Notes: generated by a model not told the origin, from the letters alone. Shown: positions 18,808-29,459, counted from the first letter of the stretch. The stretch is DNA of 64,000 bases from an uncultured virus (IMG/VR IMGVR_UViG_3300044634_004095) (IMGVR_UViG_3300044634_004095); one strand, 5' to 3'. Numbers and translations: made by a program.

Positions 18808-20733
18808 ATGGCATTTATCGAAGATAGCTTTGTAAAAGATTACTTGACACAGAAATCTCCGTGGGGATTTAACGGAATGGGCGAAATAGTTTTTTTGCGA
18901 ACATACAGCCGCAAGAAAAATGATGGAACAACAGAAGTCTGGCCAGAGACGATCCAGCGCGTTGTAAACGGAGCAATTGCTATCGGAGTTCCCTACACGC
19001 AGGATGAGGCTGAAAGGTTGTTTGATCACATGTTCAACCTTCGCTGCTCAATGAGTGGAAGAGCGCTATGGCAGCTAGGAACGCCAATGGTTGAAAAGTT
19101 TGGCGGAGCTTCTTTAAATAACTGTTATTTTACTAATATCGAAAAAGTGGAAGATTTTGAATTTTTGTTTGAGTATTTAATGCTGGGTGGCGGTGTCGGT
19201 TTTTCTGTAGAGCGCTCAAAAATACACGACTTGCCTAAAGTGAAAAATGCAGTAGTAATCACTCACGAGCGATCAAACGACGCTGACATAATTGTTCCCG
19301 ATAGTCGAGGTGGATGGAAGAGACTCCTCCACAGCGTTTTAAAATCTTATTTTGAAACAGGAAAATCTTTTACATATTCGACAATTCTGGTGCGCGAATA
19401 CGGCGCTCCGCTTAAGGGATTTGGCGGCACAGCGTCTGGTCCGGGTGCTTTGATTGACGGAATTGCGGATATATGTAAAGTCCTAGATAATAGAGCTGGA
19501 AAAAAATTACGCTCTATTGATGTCCTCGACATCTGTAACATCATTGGGCGCATCGTTGTCTCGGGCTCATCAAGAAGATCAGCACAAATCTCAATGGGTG
19601 ATCCGGATGATGCTTTGTTCATTAGGGCAAAGAACTGGGCGTCGGGCTCGATCCCTGCATGGAGAGCAAATAGCAATAACTCGCTCTATGCTGATGGGTG
19701 GGACGAGATCCCCTCGGAGCTCTGGAAGGGCTATGACGGTACGGGGGAGCCATATGGCCTTGTGAACCGAAAGCTCGCACGTCGCTATGGGCGGTTAGGT
19801 GAAGTCAGGGTAGATAATAGTATTGAGGGCTTCAACCCATGCGCCGAGATAGGTCTAGCTGATGGAGAATCATGTAATTTGGCGACTGTTTTCCTGCCGA
19901 ATATCGAATCCATAGAGCAATTCAAGGAGATATCCCGTCTTCTTTATCTAACGCAGAAGCAGATTACTCGTTTGCCGTATCCGTATGAAAAAACAACACA
20001 AATTGTCCGTCAGAATGCAAGACTTGGACAAAGCGTGACAGGGATTCTTCAATCAACAGCAGAACAGTTGTCTTGGCTGTCCGCTGGATACGTAGCCCTA
20101 AGAGAGCTAGACAAGAAGTATTCCGCCGAAAACGGGTTCCCGGAGTCTGTTCGTATGACGACCGTACAGCCCTCTGGGACGCTCTCTCTGCTTCCAGGGG
20201 TAACCCCCGGCATACATCCGGCCTATGCTCCGTATTATATCCGTCGCGTTCGTTTTGGCTCCAGTGACCCTCTAGTCGATGCCTGCCGCAAGCGTGGATA
20301 CAAGGTGATTTGGGATATCGGAATCGATGGACGGGAAGACCATACTCGCTATGTGGTCGAGTTCCCTTGCCGGTCTCCAGAGGGTTCTGTTCTCGCAGTT
20401 GACATGACAGCGGTTGAGCAGCTCGAATGGGTGAGGAAGATGCAAACAGAGTGGGCCGATAATGCAGTTTCCGTGACTGTTTACTACCGCAAGGAAGAGC
20501 TCCCGTTAATCAAAGAATGGCTTGAAAAGAACTACGACAAGAGCGTTAAATCCGTTTCTTTCCTGCTGCATAGCGATCATAATTTTTCCCTTCCTCCCTA
20601 CGAGGAAATTACAAAAGAATCCTATGAAAAACTTTCAGCGCGGGTTGACATGTCCATTCCCCTTGTCCAGTCAGCATTTGACGGAGAAATAATGGTGGAT
20701 GATTGCGCTACTGGAGCTTGCCCTGTAAAGTAA
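18808..20733 (+). CDS. nrdJ: Class II (adenosylcobalamin-dependent) ribonucleotide reductase
   Basis: LNNC, SRRSAQI, NPCAEI catalytic motif, TTVQPSGT, C-terminal CATGACP redox pair. Confidence 0.92.
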   Translation: MAFIEDSFVKDYLTQKSPWGFNGMGEIVFLRTYSRKKNDGTTEVWPETIQRVVNGAIAIGVPYTQDEAERLFDHMFNLRCSMSGRALWQLGTPMVEKFGGASLNNCYFTNIEKVEDFEFLFEYLMLGGGVGFSVERSKIHDLPKVKNAVVITHERSNDADIIVPDSRGGWKRLLHSVLKSYFETGKSFTYSTILVREYGAPLKGFGGTASGPGALIDGIADICKVLDNRAGKKLRSIDVLDICNIIGRIVVSGSSRRSAQISMGDPDDALFIRAKNWASGSIPAWRANSNNSLYADGWDEIPSELWKGYDGTGEPYGLVNRKLARRYGRLGEVRVDNSIEGFNPCAEIGLADGESCNLATVFLPNIESIEQFKEISRLLYLTQKQITRLPYPYEKTTQIVRQNARLGQSVTGILQSTAEQLSWLSAGYVALRELDKKYSAENGFPESVRMTTVQPSGTLSLLPGVTPGIHPAYAPYYIRRVRFGSSDPLVDACRKRGYKVIWDIGIDGREDHTRYVVEFPCRSPEGSVLAVDMTAVEQLEWVRKMQTEWADNAVSVTVYYRKEELPLIKEWLEKNYDKSVKSVSFLLHSDHNFSLPPYEEITKESYEKLSARVDMSIPLVQSAFDGEIMVDDCATGACPVK

Positions 20734-20801
20734 AGGCACGCTAGAAGTCATATCTCAATACGTGATCTTCTTGGCAATTAATGGTCAGATAAAAATCATT
20801 A

Positions 20802-20874
<73 letters not shown>

Positions 20875-20876
20875 CT

Positions 20877-22031
20877 ATGGAAAATGACATTTTTAACAAA
20901 GAACTGTATCGTGACCCTTTTGCCATGTTCGCACAGTGGCGCGCAAGTCCTACTTTGCCGTACGACAAAAAAACAAATACCTATGCATTGTCTCGGCACG
21001 CTGACGTAAATTTCGCATTGCGAAGTCCTGAAATATTTACCAGTTCGTTTGGGGGCAGGGCAAACTCAATAGCACAGCCTTTTATGGTTGACGTAGACGA
21101 CCCAGGGCACAGAGTGCAACGTTCAGTTATTGAAAAAATGCTCACTCCAAGTGCGGTTAGCAAGCATTCTGAATATGTTACCGCAGTGATCGACATAGCA
21201 GTAAAAGGGATAATCGGAGCTGGCAGCGTCGAGGTCGTAAATGCCATTGCTCAGACACTTCCCGTAACTTTTATCGGTTCCTTGCTGGGCGTAAGGGATT
21301 CTGACTTTCCTCTACTCAGGAAGTGGGGTGAAGCCATGGTGGAGGGAGCCGATGGATGGGAAAACGTCACAGAAGAAGTGGTTGAGGCTGTAATAAACTG
21401 GTTTGACTATTTTGACGATCTGTCGAAAACGGGATATTGGGACGACAAAGAAGGAATAATATCTCTGCTCTTGAATGCTTCAAAAGAAAATGGGAGCATA
21501 ACCTACGAAGAGGCTAGAGGTAATTCGTTGGCGATTCTCATCGGTGGAAACGAAACAGCAAAATATCTACTTTCTGGGGCTATCGATCTTTATGTAGAAA
21601 ATCCAGACATAGCCACAATCTACAAAGATGTAGGACCGGAAAAATTCATCAATGAGGTATTGCGATACCTGAGTCCTGTAGTTAGTTCAGCTAGAAGAAC
21701 GACAACGGATGTTGCGGTTGGTGAGAATATCATCCCTGCTGGAGCTCAGGTGATGCTGTTCTTGACATCTGCAAACATGGACGAATCTGTATTTGAGAAT
21801 CCAGAACTATTTAACCCAGCGCGTAATAGTTCAGCGCATTTGTCTCTTGGCTTCGGGCCCCACTTCTGCATTGGAGCATCCTTGGCGAAGATACAGCTTC
21901 AAGCGTTGTTTGAATATTTTATAAATAACAAAATAAAAATAACAAAAGACGAAAGCGCTCCGATGAAGTTTAAGTACTCAACATTCTTGCGTGGTATAAA
22001 AGAAATGCGTGCATTCGTTGAGAAAAATTAG
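20877..22031 (+). CDS. Cytochrome P450
   Basis: I-helix GGNET, EVLR (ExxR), heme motif HLSLGFGPHFCIG. Confidence 0.93.
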   Translation: MENDIFNKELYRDPFAMFAQWRASPTLPYDKKTNTYALSRHADVNFALRSPEIFTSSFGGRANSIAQPFMVDVDDPGHRVQRSVIEKMLTPSAVSKHSEYVTAVIDIAVKGIIGAGSVEVVNAIAQTLPVTFIGSLLGVRDSDFPLLRKWGEAMVEGADGWENVTEEVVEAVINWFDYFDDLSKTGYWDDKEGIISLLLNASKENGSITYEEARGNSLAILIGGNETAKYLLSGAIDLYVENPDIATIYKDVGPEKFINEVLRYLSPVVSSARRTTTDVAVGENIIPAGAQVMLFLTSANMDESVFENPELFNPARNSSAHLSLGFGPHFCIGASLAKIQLQALFEYFINNKIKITKDESAPMKFKYSTFLRGIKEMRAFVEKN

Positions 22032-22033
22032 AA

Positions 22034-22432
22034 TTATTTAAACTCGGACCAAGTTTTGTTTCCAACCCCAAAGTACTCTCGAGCGTAACCTGACTCTATG
22101 ATATCCAAATTCAAGCAAGCAGTTTTTACATCATCAATGTCTTCTGAGGAAAATATCCTTGCGAGAACCCGTCCGTATTTGTCATTTTTGTCTGGGATTG
22201 TATTCACGTAAACCCATTTATGCTTGGAAATCCAGTCTTCTGTGAATTTCTTTGCGCTCAGACCCATCTGCTTTTCGGCTAGGTCTTTTGTTCTTGTCTC
22301 GGGCGTGTTGACGCCATATAGGCGAACTCTAATTTTGTGGTGAATATTGAAACCAAGATCAATCATTAGATCGACAGTGTCTCCGTCTACAACCCTCAGT
22401 ACGGTAGCTCCGTACCAAAAGCGAGCACTCAT
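22034..22432 (-). CDS. Thermonuclease (SNase family)
   Basis: RVVDGDT, RVRLYGVNTPE, DKYGRVLA. Confidence 0.9.
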   Translation of the reverse strand: MSARFWYGATVLRVVDGDTVDLMIDLGFNIHHKIRVRLYGVNTPETRTKDLAEKQMGLSAKKFTEDWISKHKWVYVNTIPDKNDKYGRVLARIFSSEDIDDVKTACLNLDIIESGYAREYFGVGNKTWSEFK

Positions 22433-23427
22433 TACGAGGCCTGTGCCGGAATTAGTTTTTCTCCAGTTAGTGTAACTCTGTTAACCAAACGTGGGGAATG
22501 TCCAATATCTCCGACTACAGCGTGCTGTGTCGATATATTGTCAGAGAATATAACGTCTCCCTGAGTCCAGTGATGGCGGACAGTAAATTCGTAGCGAGTT
22601 GTATGTTTGAAAAGGAATTGAAGGATTGCGTCGCTTTCAGGTTTTGAAAAGTCCACAATTCTTCTTGTGAACCCCGGATTTATGAATAATGATTCTTCTC
22701 CAGTTTCCGGATGGACTATAACAACTGGATGACGAGCGGTAACTTGCGCAGCACGCTTCAGGTAATCCCAGTGGTCGACTAGTCCGTTTTCTTCTTTGCC
22801 GTTAATTCCTTCTATCTTTGCTCCAGTATTGGACATTCCACCTTTACCCATGCCCATGTCAGAAACTTCAGACGCATCGTGAATAGCCATTGTGCCTCGT
22901 AGTGCATCTTTCATTCTCTTGCTTAGAGATCTGAATGCCGCTTCTTGGTCGCACCACATGGTGTCTCCGCCAGCGTAGGGGATGATGACGCCATTCAGTA
23001 TTGAACATTTTGGCGGATTTTCAATAAACGTTATGTCAGTATGCCAGGCAACGCCACGTTCCTGAAACTTTGTTTTATCACTGTTCTCATATTCTGGATA
23101 CTGCACACCCGGAATGGTGTAATCAACTTCGAATATGTTTGGAAAATCTTTTTTACCAGGAAGAAGTGGATGAGCGCTTCTTGGTGTTCCAAAGAGCGCT
23201 GCAAAAGCTTCATGCTGTACAGGATTAAGATTTTGTTTTCTAAAAAAAACAACCTTATGACGCAACATCAGGTTATAAATTGTCTCAATAATTCCTGCAT
23301 CTTTATGGTCAATCAAGTCAATTAAATTAACTCCCTCGATTTCTGCTCCAAGCTTTCCGGCTACTGGCTTTACCAACAAGCCAGCTTCGGTATATTCTAC
23401 GTGATGCTCTTTAACCATTATTGACAT
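22432..23427 (-). CDS. tauD: TauD/TfdA family 2-oxoglutarate Fe(II) dioxygenase
   Basis: LGAEIEGV, WHTD, GGDT, HPVVIVHPETG, DN..TQH...R motifs. Substrate unknown. Confidence 0.88.
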   Translation of the reverse strand: MSIMVKEHHVEYTEAGLLVKPVAGKLGAEIEGVNLIDLIDHKDAGIIETIYNLMLRHKVVFFRKQNLNPVQHEAFAALFGTPRSAHPLLPGKKDFPNIFEVDYTIPGVQYPEYENSDKTKFQERGVAWHTDITFIENPPKCSILNGVIIPYAGGDTMWCDQEAAFRSLSKRMKDALRGTMAIHDASEVSDMGMGKGGMSNTGAKIEGINGKEENGLVDHWDYLKRAAQVTARHPVVIVHPETGEESLFINPGFTRRIVDFSKPESDAILQFLFKHTTRYEFTVRHHWTQGDVIFSDNISTQHAVVGDIGHSPRLVNRVTLTGEKLIPAQAS

Positions 23428-24304
23428 TTTTTTTGGCCTTTGCTATCTTTGATTTTTTATTTTTTTTCTTTTTTCTTATTCGCATCATATCAGTATGTGC
23501 TTGCCCCATGCGCTTAACGTCCCGAATGGATCCACCAACATATGATCCATACCCAGTCTTCGCTGCTATGACACTATTGGAAAGTTCTTCCAATACAAGC
23601 CTTCTTCTCCTGCTGTCGGTTATCTGATTCAAGTCCGAATCGTATACCGAATCGATCCCCTTCCCCGTCATGCCTTTCATATATGAAGGAACCTCAACAT
23701 TTATTAATGCTTTTGTTGATAAATGAGAAGTTACAACAACGTCTTCTGATAACGACTTCTTTTTTTTCTTAGCGTTTGCGTATCGCTCAAGGAGGCGTCG
23801 TCCCTTGGCAGCAAGAGCTGCCGCGTCGGAAGAGTTCTGGGGAACAGGCTCCCCCCACGCTGCAGCAGAAAGAGCCAATCTAGTAGAGCGCCCTTTGTCA
23901 TCTTTCATCGGCCCAGATGGATTTGTAAAAAATCTTGTTAAGAAAGAACCTTTGCGACGCATCTTTTCAGGAGTGTTCGCTGGCCCCATTACACCAGGTT
24001 TCAGATTTGATCCTTCTTTTCTTTTGAAGTAAGCCCTGCCCGCTGCGGTAAGCCCCCCCTTCGGATCGCGAAGCACTGGACGTCTTTTTGCCGCTTTGGA
24101 GTTCAGTTCATCAGCAGATATTTTTATTTCTCCGACAACAGTAGATCCCCAATATTCATCATAAATAGGCATCATTGAAGAGGACTTGAACTCCACAAAA
24201 GATTGCTCAATCAATTGATTAAATTCTTCTTCCTGGTCAAGTTTTTCTGAAAACTGCAAAAGCGAATCAAATAGTTCTTCATCTTTTTCATTTGTCATTT
24301 CCAT
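23411..24304 (-). CDS. Basic phage protein with DUF6321-like domain
   Basis: KGGLTAAGR..FKRKEG.NLK...RRKGSF..RF...TRLALS..AW pattern, recalled as DUF6321-like. Confidence 0.6.
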   Translation of the reverse strand: MEMTNEKDEELFDSLLQFSEKLDQEEEFNQLIEQSFVEFKSSSMMPIYDEYWGSTVVGEIKISADELNSKAAKRRPVLRDPKGGLTAAGRAYFKRKEGSNLKPGVMGPANTPEKMRRKGSFLTRFFTNPSGPMKDDKGRSTRLALSAAAWGEPVPQNSSDAAALAAKGRRLLERYANAKKKKKSLSEDVVVTSHLSTKALINVEVPSYMKGMTGKGIDSVYDSDLNQITDSRRRRLVLEELSNSVIAAKTGYGSYVGGSIRDVKRMGQAHTDMMRIRKKKKNKKSKIAKAKKNVNNG

Positions 24305-24341
24305 TATCCAATTCTGGCACAGGTCAAGCCGTATAAGCGAA

Positions 24342-24382
24342 ACCCCCTGGTTTCACTGCCAAAGCAATTACTCCCAGGGGGT
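24342..24382 (-). terminator. Probable intrinsic terminator after the capsid gene
   Basis: ACCCCCTGG/CCAGGGGGT inverted repeat with a 23-nt loop, followed by a short T run on the minus strand. Confidence 0.5.
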
Positions 24383-24405
24383 CCGTTAATTAAGGGTATT
24401 GTTAA

Positions 24406-25791
24406 TTACGCAGTAGGAGCGGCGTCGAATTCAACCTTGACGAATGCTTCTGGACGCTTTACCGCAAGGGCGAGGCGTTGTTCGGCGAGAATAACAATCG
24501 CGTTGCGGATGAAGAAATCGCTGTGCTGCTCACTGATGCGGATAGATGCCTGCTCGCGGTCATAAAGCTGAGCACCGGTGCCAAACGCGCCGACCAAAGC
24601 CATACCTTCCTGCATTGCTGGAGTATCAACAAGTGGCATTCTCCATACTCTTGGCTCGCCACCCATCGCAACAGAAACTGCGATGAGGTACTGGCCATTG
24701 ACGTCTTTTGTCAATTCGATGTCTTCCCAATCATTTGGGTGAACAACGATACCGCTTGGCTCGTAGTAAGCCAAGAAGGAGAGTGTAGCCGCACGGCGAA
24801 TTGCGTCAGCTTTGGTGTCACCAGCCGTAACGTTTGCAACTCCAGCAACACCGTCAGACCAAGCGTATTCCTGGACTCCTGGGGTGTTCATCACGCCGAG
24901 CAAGTTTTCGCCCAGTCCGTCACCGTTGAGGATTTGATTGTCCTCAAGGAGGCGCAAGCCGTACATAAGCTCGTTGTCGATGATTGAGCGAAGCTGTGGT
25001 TCATCGGCAAGAACGTTGCGGTGTGCTGCTTCCCAGTGAGCGAGTGTTCTAATTGGGGCCTGTTCACCAACGAACTGGAATGAAGATTGTGGCTTCAACC
25101 CAAATACTCCGCCAACTCTTTCAGCGACAGTAGACGCTGCGTTGTTGGTTGAGTAGGTGCTTGCAGTTACGCCTGGAGCAGAAATCGTCGTAAAACCGAT
25201 TTGACGGAAGTACTCAATAACTGCTGCTGTTGTAGTCCGAACAGGGAACAAGTCACGAACGCGCTTTGTGCGTGTTGGTGGTGTTACCATCGGATCGCGC
25301 TGAACCGTACCGAAAGAGCCGAGACGGCTGTCAGCTACGGTTGTTGAAGGCAAGCCAGAGAAGACATCCTTCACATTGTAGCCACTCAAAGAGATGTTTG
25401 CCATCCATGGAGCTGCCATGTTTGCGCCGTTACGGCCACCAGCAAGTGCCTTGAACTCTACTGAGTCAAGGAACATCTGACCGATGCTCTTGATCTCGCT
25501 TGAGGTCAATTGGCTGATTTCTGATGCTGCAGCTGAATAGCTTGATGCGACCGACTCTGATGCTGGCTGCGAAGACCAGCTGTCAACGTCACCCATTGTC
25601 TGCAAGTCAGAAAGGAGTGATTTAATTTCCTTAATGTCACGCATGTTCTTGTCGAATGCTGTTTTTTGTTCTGAAGAAACAACAACTGTTCCTTCTTCTA
25701 CCTTGAATGAGTCAGCAATGGCCTTATTGTCAGCCATTTTAACTCTGAGAGCTGATTGCAGCTCATCAATTCTTCCATTGTCTTGCGACAT
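24406..25791 (-). CDS. Major capsid protein, HK97 fold
   Basis: Coiled N-terminal delta-like region, EDNQILNGDG, VHPNDW, KDVNGQY, AEQRLALAVKRPEAF. Confidence 0.93.
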   Translation of the reverse strand: MSQDNGRIDELQSALRVKMADNKAIADSFKVEEGTVVVSSEQKTAFDKNMRDIKEIKSLLSDLQTMGDVDSWSSQPASESVASSYSAAASEISQLTSSEIKSIGQMFLDSVEFKALAGGRNGANMAAPWMANISLSGYNVKDVFSGLPSTTVADSRLGSFGTVQRDPMVTPPTRTKRVRDLFPVRTTTAAVIEYFRQIGFTTISAPGVTASTYSTNNAASTVAERVGGVFGLKPQSSFQFVGEQAPIRTLAHWEAAHRNVLADEPQLRSIIDNELMYGLRLLEDNQILNGDGLGENLLGVMNTPGVQEYAWSDGVAGVANVTAGDTKADAIRRAATLSFLAYYEPSGIVVHPNDWEDIELTKDVNGQYLIAVSVAMGGEPRVWRMPLVDTPAMQEGMALVGAFGTGAQLYDREQASIRISEQHSDFFIRNAIVILAEQRLALAVKRPEAFVKVEFDAAPTA

Positions 25792-25875
25792 ATTGACTCC
25801 TGTTTGTTGAAGGGTTGGTTTTATGATGCTTTTCTTTGCTCGGCTTAGGTAAGCACCCAGCCCTAGTAATAATCA

Positions 25876-25909
25876 AAAATAACAGATTATTCACTACCTC
25901 TATTGCAAC
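25876..25909 (-). promoter_or_regulatory. Candidate promoter GTTGC-N23-TATTTT upstream of the capsid gene
   Basis: The same spacing recurs at 39949..39982 (-) and 63889..63922 (+). Confidence 0.4.
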
Positions 25910-25950
25910 TAATTATATTTTGCAATTAAAGTGTGTAAATAGTAAATGAA

Positions 25951-26694
25951 TTACTTATTTTTGAGTTGTTCTATTAGGGCAACTTTCCTCTTCGGACGTC
26001 TTGAATCAAGGTCTGCAACAACTGTTCTAGTTGCTCTTTCCATTTCTCTTTTTTTATTTTTTTCAATATTTCTGCGGCCTAACGATGTTGTCCCGACCCT
26101 ATTTGCATAGTCCGTCATGTTTGTGCATGGCATCCAGACCGCTCTGCCATTTTTGCTTACTCGCCTACTAATTCCAATACAGCCAATTTGCCTTGACCGC
26201 GCACGAGCTGATTCCGGATCGAGGAAAACATCAGAATCTGATTCCCTAACAAATTCAGGGCCTACTGCAGATTTAGTTTTTATTGGAACACAATTGGGGA
26301 CAAGTTTTCCCTTTTTGCCTTTTTTCATACCCTGCATGACATACCCATCCCAGCAGGGGTTCACTTCTTTTGCCCCAAAAAGATTACCGGACACTAGACC
26401 ACTATCTATAGAGACAATCCCCATGATTGGTTTTTCGGTAAGGTTCTCCCAATCTTTAGGTCTTTTTTTTCGCTTTCCTTTGCTTCTGCTTTTGTCTTCA
26501 CTTTTTTTATAGCCAGGGACAACCGACCTCCATTTACCGGTTTCGGCTGTCTCGGAAATTCTATTTAGCTCATCCATTGACGAGCATGGCATCCATTCCC
26601 CATCTGAAGACTTGTGCGCCCCAGAGCACCCAATTTGCGCAGCAACTTTTAGAGCTTCAGCTTTTTTGGTTAATTCTGATTTTTCTTTTGCCAT
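25951..26694 (-). CDS. Head-region protein with two IGC.G...WMPC repeats (DUF3721-like) and a CWDGY...VPNCVP motif
   Basis: AQIGCSGAH..GEWMPC and RQIGCIG...VWMPC. Confidence 0.65.
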   Translation of the reverse strand: MAKEKSELTKKAEALKVAAQIGCSGAHKSSDGEWMPCSSMDELNRISETAETGKWRSVVPGYKKSEDKSRSKGKRKKRPKDWENLTEKPIMGIVSIDSGLVSGNLFGAKEVNPCWDGYVMQGMKKGKKGKLVPNCVPIKTKSAVGPEFVRESDSDVFLDPESARARSRQIGCIGISRRVSKNGRAVWMPCTNMTDYANRVGTTSLGRRNIEKNKKREMERATRTVVADLDSRRPKRKVALIEQLKNK

Positions 26695-26703
26695 TGCCTA
26701 TCC

Positions 26704-27444
26704 TTAATGAAGACGCGATTTTAATGATTCTTTAAACTTGTGAGAAAATTGTTTTGTTGATGAGCTTTCATCGTCAACTGCCGTAAGTGAGTTTGCTCTT
26801 CTATTTGCTCTTCTATTTACGTTTGAAGTGCTGTCTTGGACCGTAATTGACTTTCGTTGCATAAATCTTCTTACTGTCCCAGCCCCAGTCAGCCGTATGA
26901 CGCGATCTATGATCGCATTTGACATTGGATCGTCTTTTTTGGCAACGAGGATGTTTTTATTTGAGTCAAAAGAGATCTTGTTGCTATTTAAAGTGGCAAC
27001 TACGCTTCCGAGGCTGCTGGTTGTTACAAATTTTGACGCTTTGTAGTCAATCAGGTTCAATTTTGAATCAACGCTATTGGCAAGTCTGATGGGGACGGCA
27101 GACGAAGACATGCGCAACCTAGAACGCATAATAACGTTTCGCTCATTGTGTGATTTTGCAGTTTGTGAAGAACTTGCTTTATTTATTAACTTAATTCTTT
27201 CAATTTCCGGGTCGACGTATGTTTCTAAAACCATATTTGCAATGTTGTCACTCACGTGCTTGAAGTCGGTTGCTCCAAACCCATCAGGCAGGCCTTTATG
27301 GTTTATTTTGCCATTTGTTTGGATCGCCATAGCTATGCCTGCCCCAAACTCCGTTACTGACTTTGCAAGAATCGAGTCGCCTGTTCTTGCAACCACTACG
27401 TGAGGCGTTCCTCTTAGCAGATCTTTTATTATTGATATTTCCAT
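26704..27444 (-). CDS. Hypothetical head-region protein
   Basis: 246 aa ORF, translationally coupled to its neighbour. Confidence 0.7.
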   Translation of the reverse strand: MEISIIKDLLRGTPHVVVARTGDSILAKSVTEFGAGIAMAIQTNGKINHKGLPDGFGATDFKHVSDNIANMVLETYVDPEIERIKLINKASSSQTAKSHNERNVIMRSRLRMSSSAVPIRLANSVDSKLNLIDYKASKFVTTSSLGSVVATLNSNKISFDSNKNILVAKKDDPMSNAIIDRVIRLTGAGTVRRFMQRKSITVQDSTSNVNRRANRRANSLTAVDDESSSTKQFSHKFKESLKSRLH

Positions 27445-29459
27445 TACCTACCACCCATCAATATTGTTCGAATATCATTTTTTTGCGAGCTCAAAGAGTC
27501 CAAACGGCTTTCAAACAACTTAGTAATGATATTTAGATGTATTTTTTCCCCAGTTGACATTCCGTAATTTTTAGAGCCAGAGAACGAATTCCTTGGATTA
27601 TAAGTTCTTGCTCTTCTTATTAATTGATTTATATACTTGATAAAAAGAACTCGTTGATCAGCTTTTAATTGCTGGTAATAATCACTGTAAGCTGGGACTA
27701 GCTCAGCTTCGTAGAAATCTCTAAGACGTGCTTTCATCCTCTCTGTTATCTGCACTTTAGACAGATCGACTAATCCGGAAGATGTATTTTGTGCAAGTGC
27801 AGCCCTTAGTTCCTGTCCACTTGTTATTGGATAAATTGAAGTAGATGGACGAGATCTTTGATCAGTTAGATAATCAGAGATCATTATTCTTGCTACGTCC
27901 TCTGGGCTTAGATCTGTAAATTTTTTAGATGAGTCAAACTTTGCATCGGGGAATGTCATTTCAACGTCTTGTCGAATATATTGTCTTACTTCCCCTGGCT
28001 TGCCAATAGGCAGAACTTCCGGAGCAGGCAACCCAAGATACCGCTGCAGGTCGGAAGCAAACATCTCTCCCATGTGCTGAAATTTGGCAGGATTTTCGTA
28101 CACGAAATACTTGCCAGCCGAATCCTCTATTATCGATATGGTTTCATTTATTTTCTGTCGCTTCACAGCCTGCGTTTTGCTAAGGACATCGCCGATTATC
28201 TTCGGATCTAAGTCTGACAGCGTTCCGCCATTTTCTAGGTGCTGTATCGCGTTGTCGATATTGGATATTTTTTTCCTGGTACGACCAATGTCAATATCTT
28301 CTTCTTCATCCTGGCTTGCCTTCGGAGTTTTAATTTTTTTACCTGAAAGCAAGGCGGAAGCCCATTTTGGTTTTCCCGACTTTCCGATACTATTAGGGTC
28401 GGAAACTCCAATAATATTCTCGGAAAAAGCAATCGCTCCTTCGAGTTCTTGTGAAACGTTCTTTAGTCGCGCAGAAGGGTCTTTTGAATTATCGACTTCC
28501 ATTGAACTGTTCACAACTCTGCCGAGCTTTCTTCTTTCGCCAACTGAAAGTTTTCTTGCTTTTTCAAGAGTTAGGGTTGATCCTCCTGGAAGGACATAGA
28601 GCAGTTTCTGCACGCCGGTGTTAGAAAGCAAGCCGAGCTCTTCAGAACCTATTGAAGGAGAATCAAGTACGCCCATCATGAAGGTTGCTCCCTCCATGTC
28701 TCTATTGTCGGGGATTGCTCTTAGTACGTTATTGGCCACAACGGGCTCCAGAACAAAGCCATCGCGCCGTATCATTCTTCTTGTCGGCTCCGAGCTCTGA
28801 GAAAGGAAAGATCCTATTTCTTTTGTTAAAGTTTTGGCTTTTGCGGATGAAACTTGCCTGTTTTCATTTCCAACTCTTGGGATTTGAGCCTGTCTGGACT
28901 GAATTATGGAACTATCAGCCTGCTCTCCAGTTGCTATTCTCCCAGTAATTGTAGGGGTGGCTACACCTGAAACTGCTCTCCGTACTGCCGAAATTGCAGC
29001 TCCCAAAATTGAAGGGATCGCAAAAAGTTGAGCTCCGCAAGTTGTAAACCTATTATCTGTAAATCTTCCGCCATACTGATAGCCCTCGGGGCATCGATGA
29101 GCTCTGTTCTCTCCAGGTCTTGACCCACCTCTTCTGCCTCCGCCAAATCCAGGCGTCAAAGTTCGGTAGATTGACGACCTCACGGGGGATCTAAGAGGGC
29201 TTGAGTCACCAGGGATAGCTGAGCTTAAGATGCTACTTCCAATTTGACGTAAAGCGTTTGCCTTAAATTTTATTTCTCCATATTTAGAAACGGAAGTTTT
29301 TTTTCTAGTGTTTCCGTTTAATCTGGAAAGAGCTTTATACGTAACTAATTGCTGCGTTTCTGCTGGAGCTCCACGAATGTAGTCAGTAAATTCTTTTTGC
29401 TCCAGGTCTGAAACAACGACCCGGATGACATAAGTAACTTCTTCATCCACAGCAGTCAA
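27444..29459 (-). CDS. Head-region protein with degenerate HipA/PI3K-like kinase domain
   Basis: GEMFASDLQRYLGLPAPEV and IMISDYLTDQRSR resemble HipA-like motifs lacking canonical catalytic residues. Has an N-terminal RCPEG...GGRFTD..C motif. Confidence 0.55.
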   Translation of the reverse strand: MTAVDEEVTYVIRVVVSDLEQKEFTDYIRGAPAETQQLVTYKALSRLNGNTRKKTSVSKYGEIKFKANALRQIGSSILSSAIPGDSSPLRSPVRSSIYRTLTPGFGGGRRGGSRPGENRAHRCPEGYQYGGRFTDNRFTTCGAQLFAIPSILGAAISAVRRAVSGVATPTITGRIATGEQADSSIIQSRQAQIPRVGNENRQVSSAKAKTLTKEIGSFLSQSSEPTRRMIRRDGFVLEPVVANNVLRAIPDNRDMEGATFMMGVLDSPSIGSEELGLLSNTGVQKLLYVLPGGSTLTLEKARKLSVGERRKLGRVVNSSMEVDNSKDPSARLKNVSQELEGAIAFSENIIGVSDPNSIGKSGKPKWASALLSGKKIKTPKASQDEEEDIDIGRTRKKISNIDNAIQHLENGGTLSDLDPKIIGDVLSKTQAVKRQKINETISIIEDSAGKYFVYENPAKFQHMGEMFASDLQRYLGLPAPEVLPIGKPGEVRQYIRQDVEMTFPDAKFDSSKKFTDLSPEDVARIMISDYLTDQRSRPSTSIYPITSGQELRAALAQNTSSGLVDLSKVQITERMKARLRDFYEAELVPAYSDYYQQLKADQRVLFIKYINQLIRRARTYNPRNSFSGSKNYGMSTGEKIHLNIITKLFESRLDSLSSQKNDIRTILMGGR

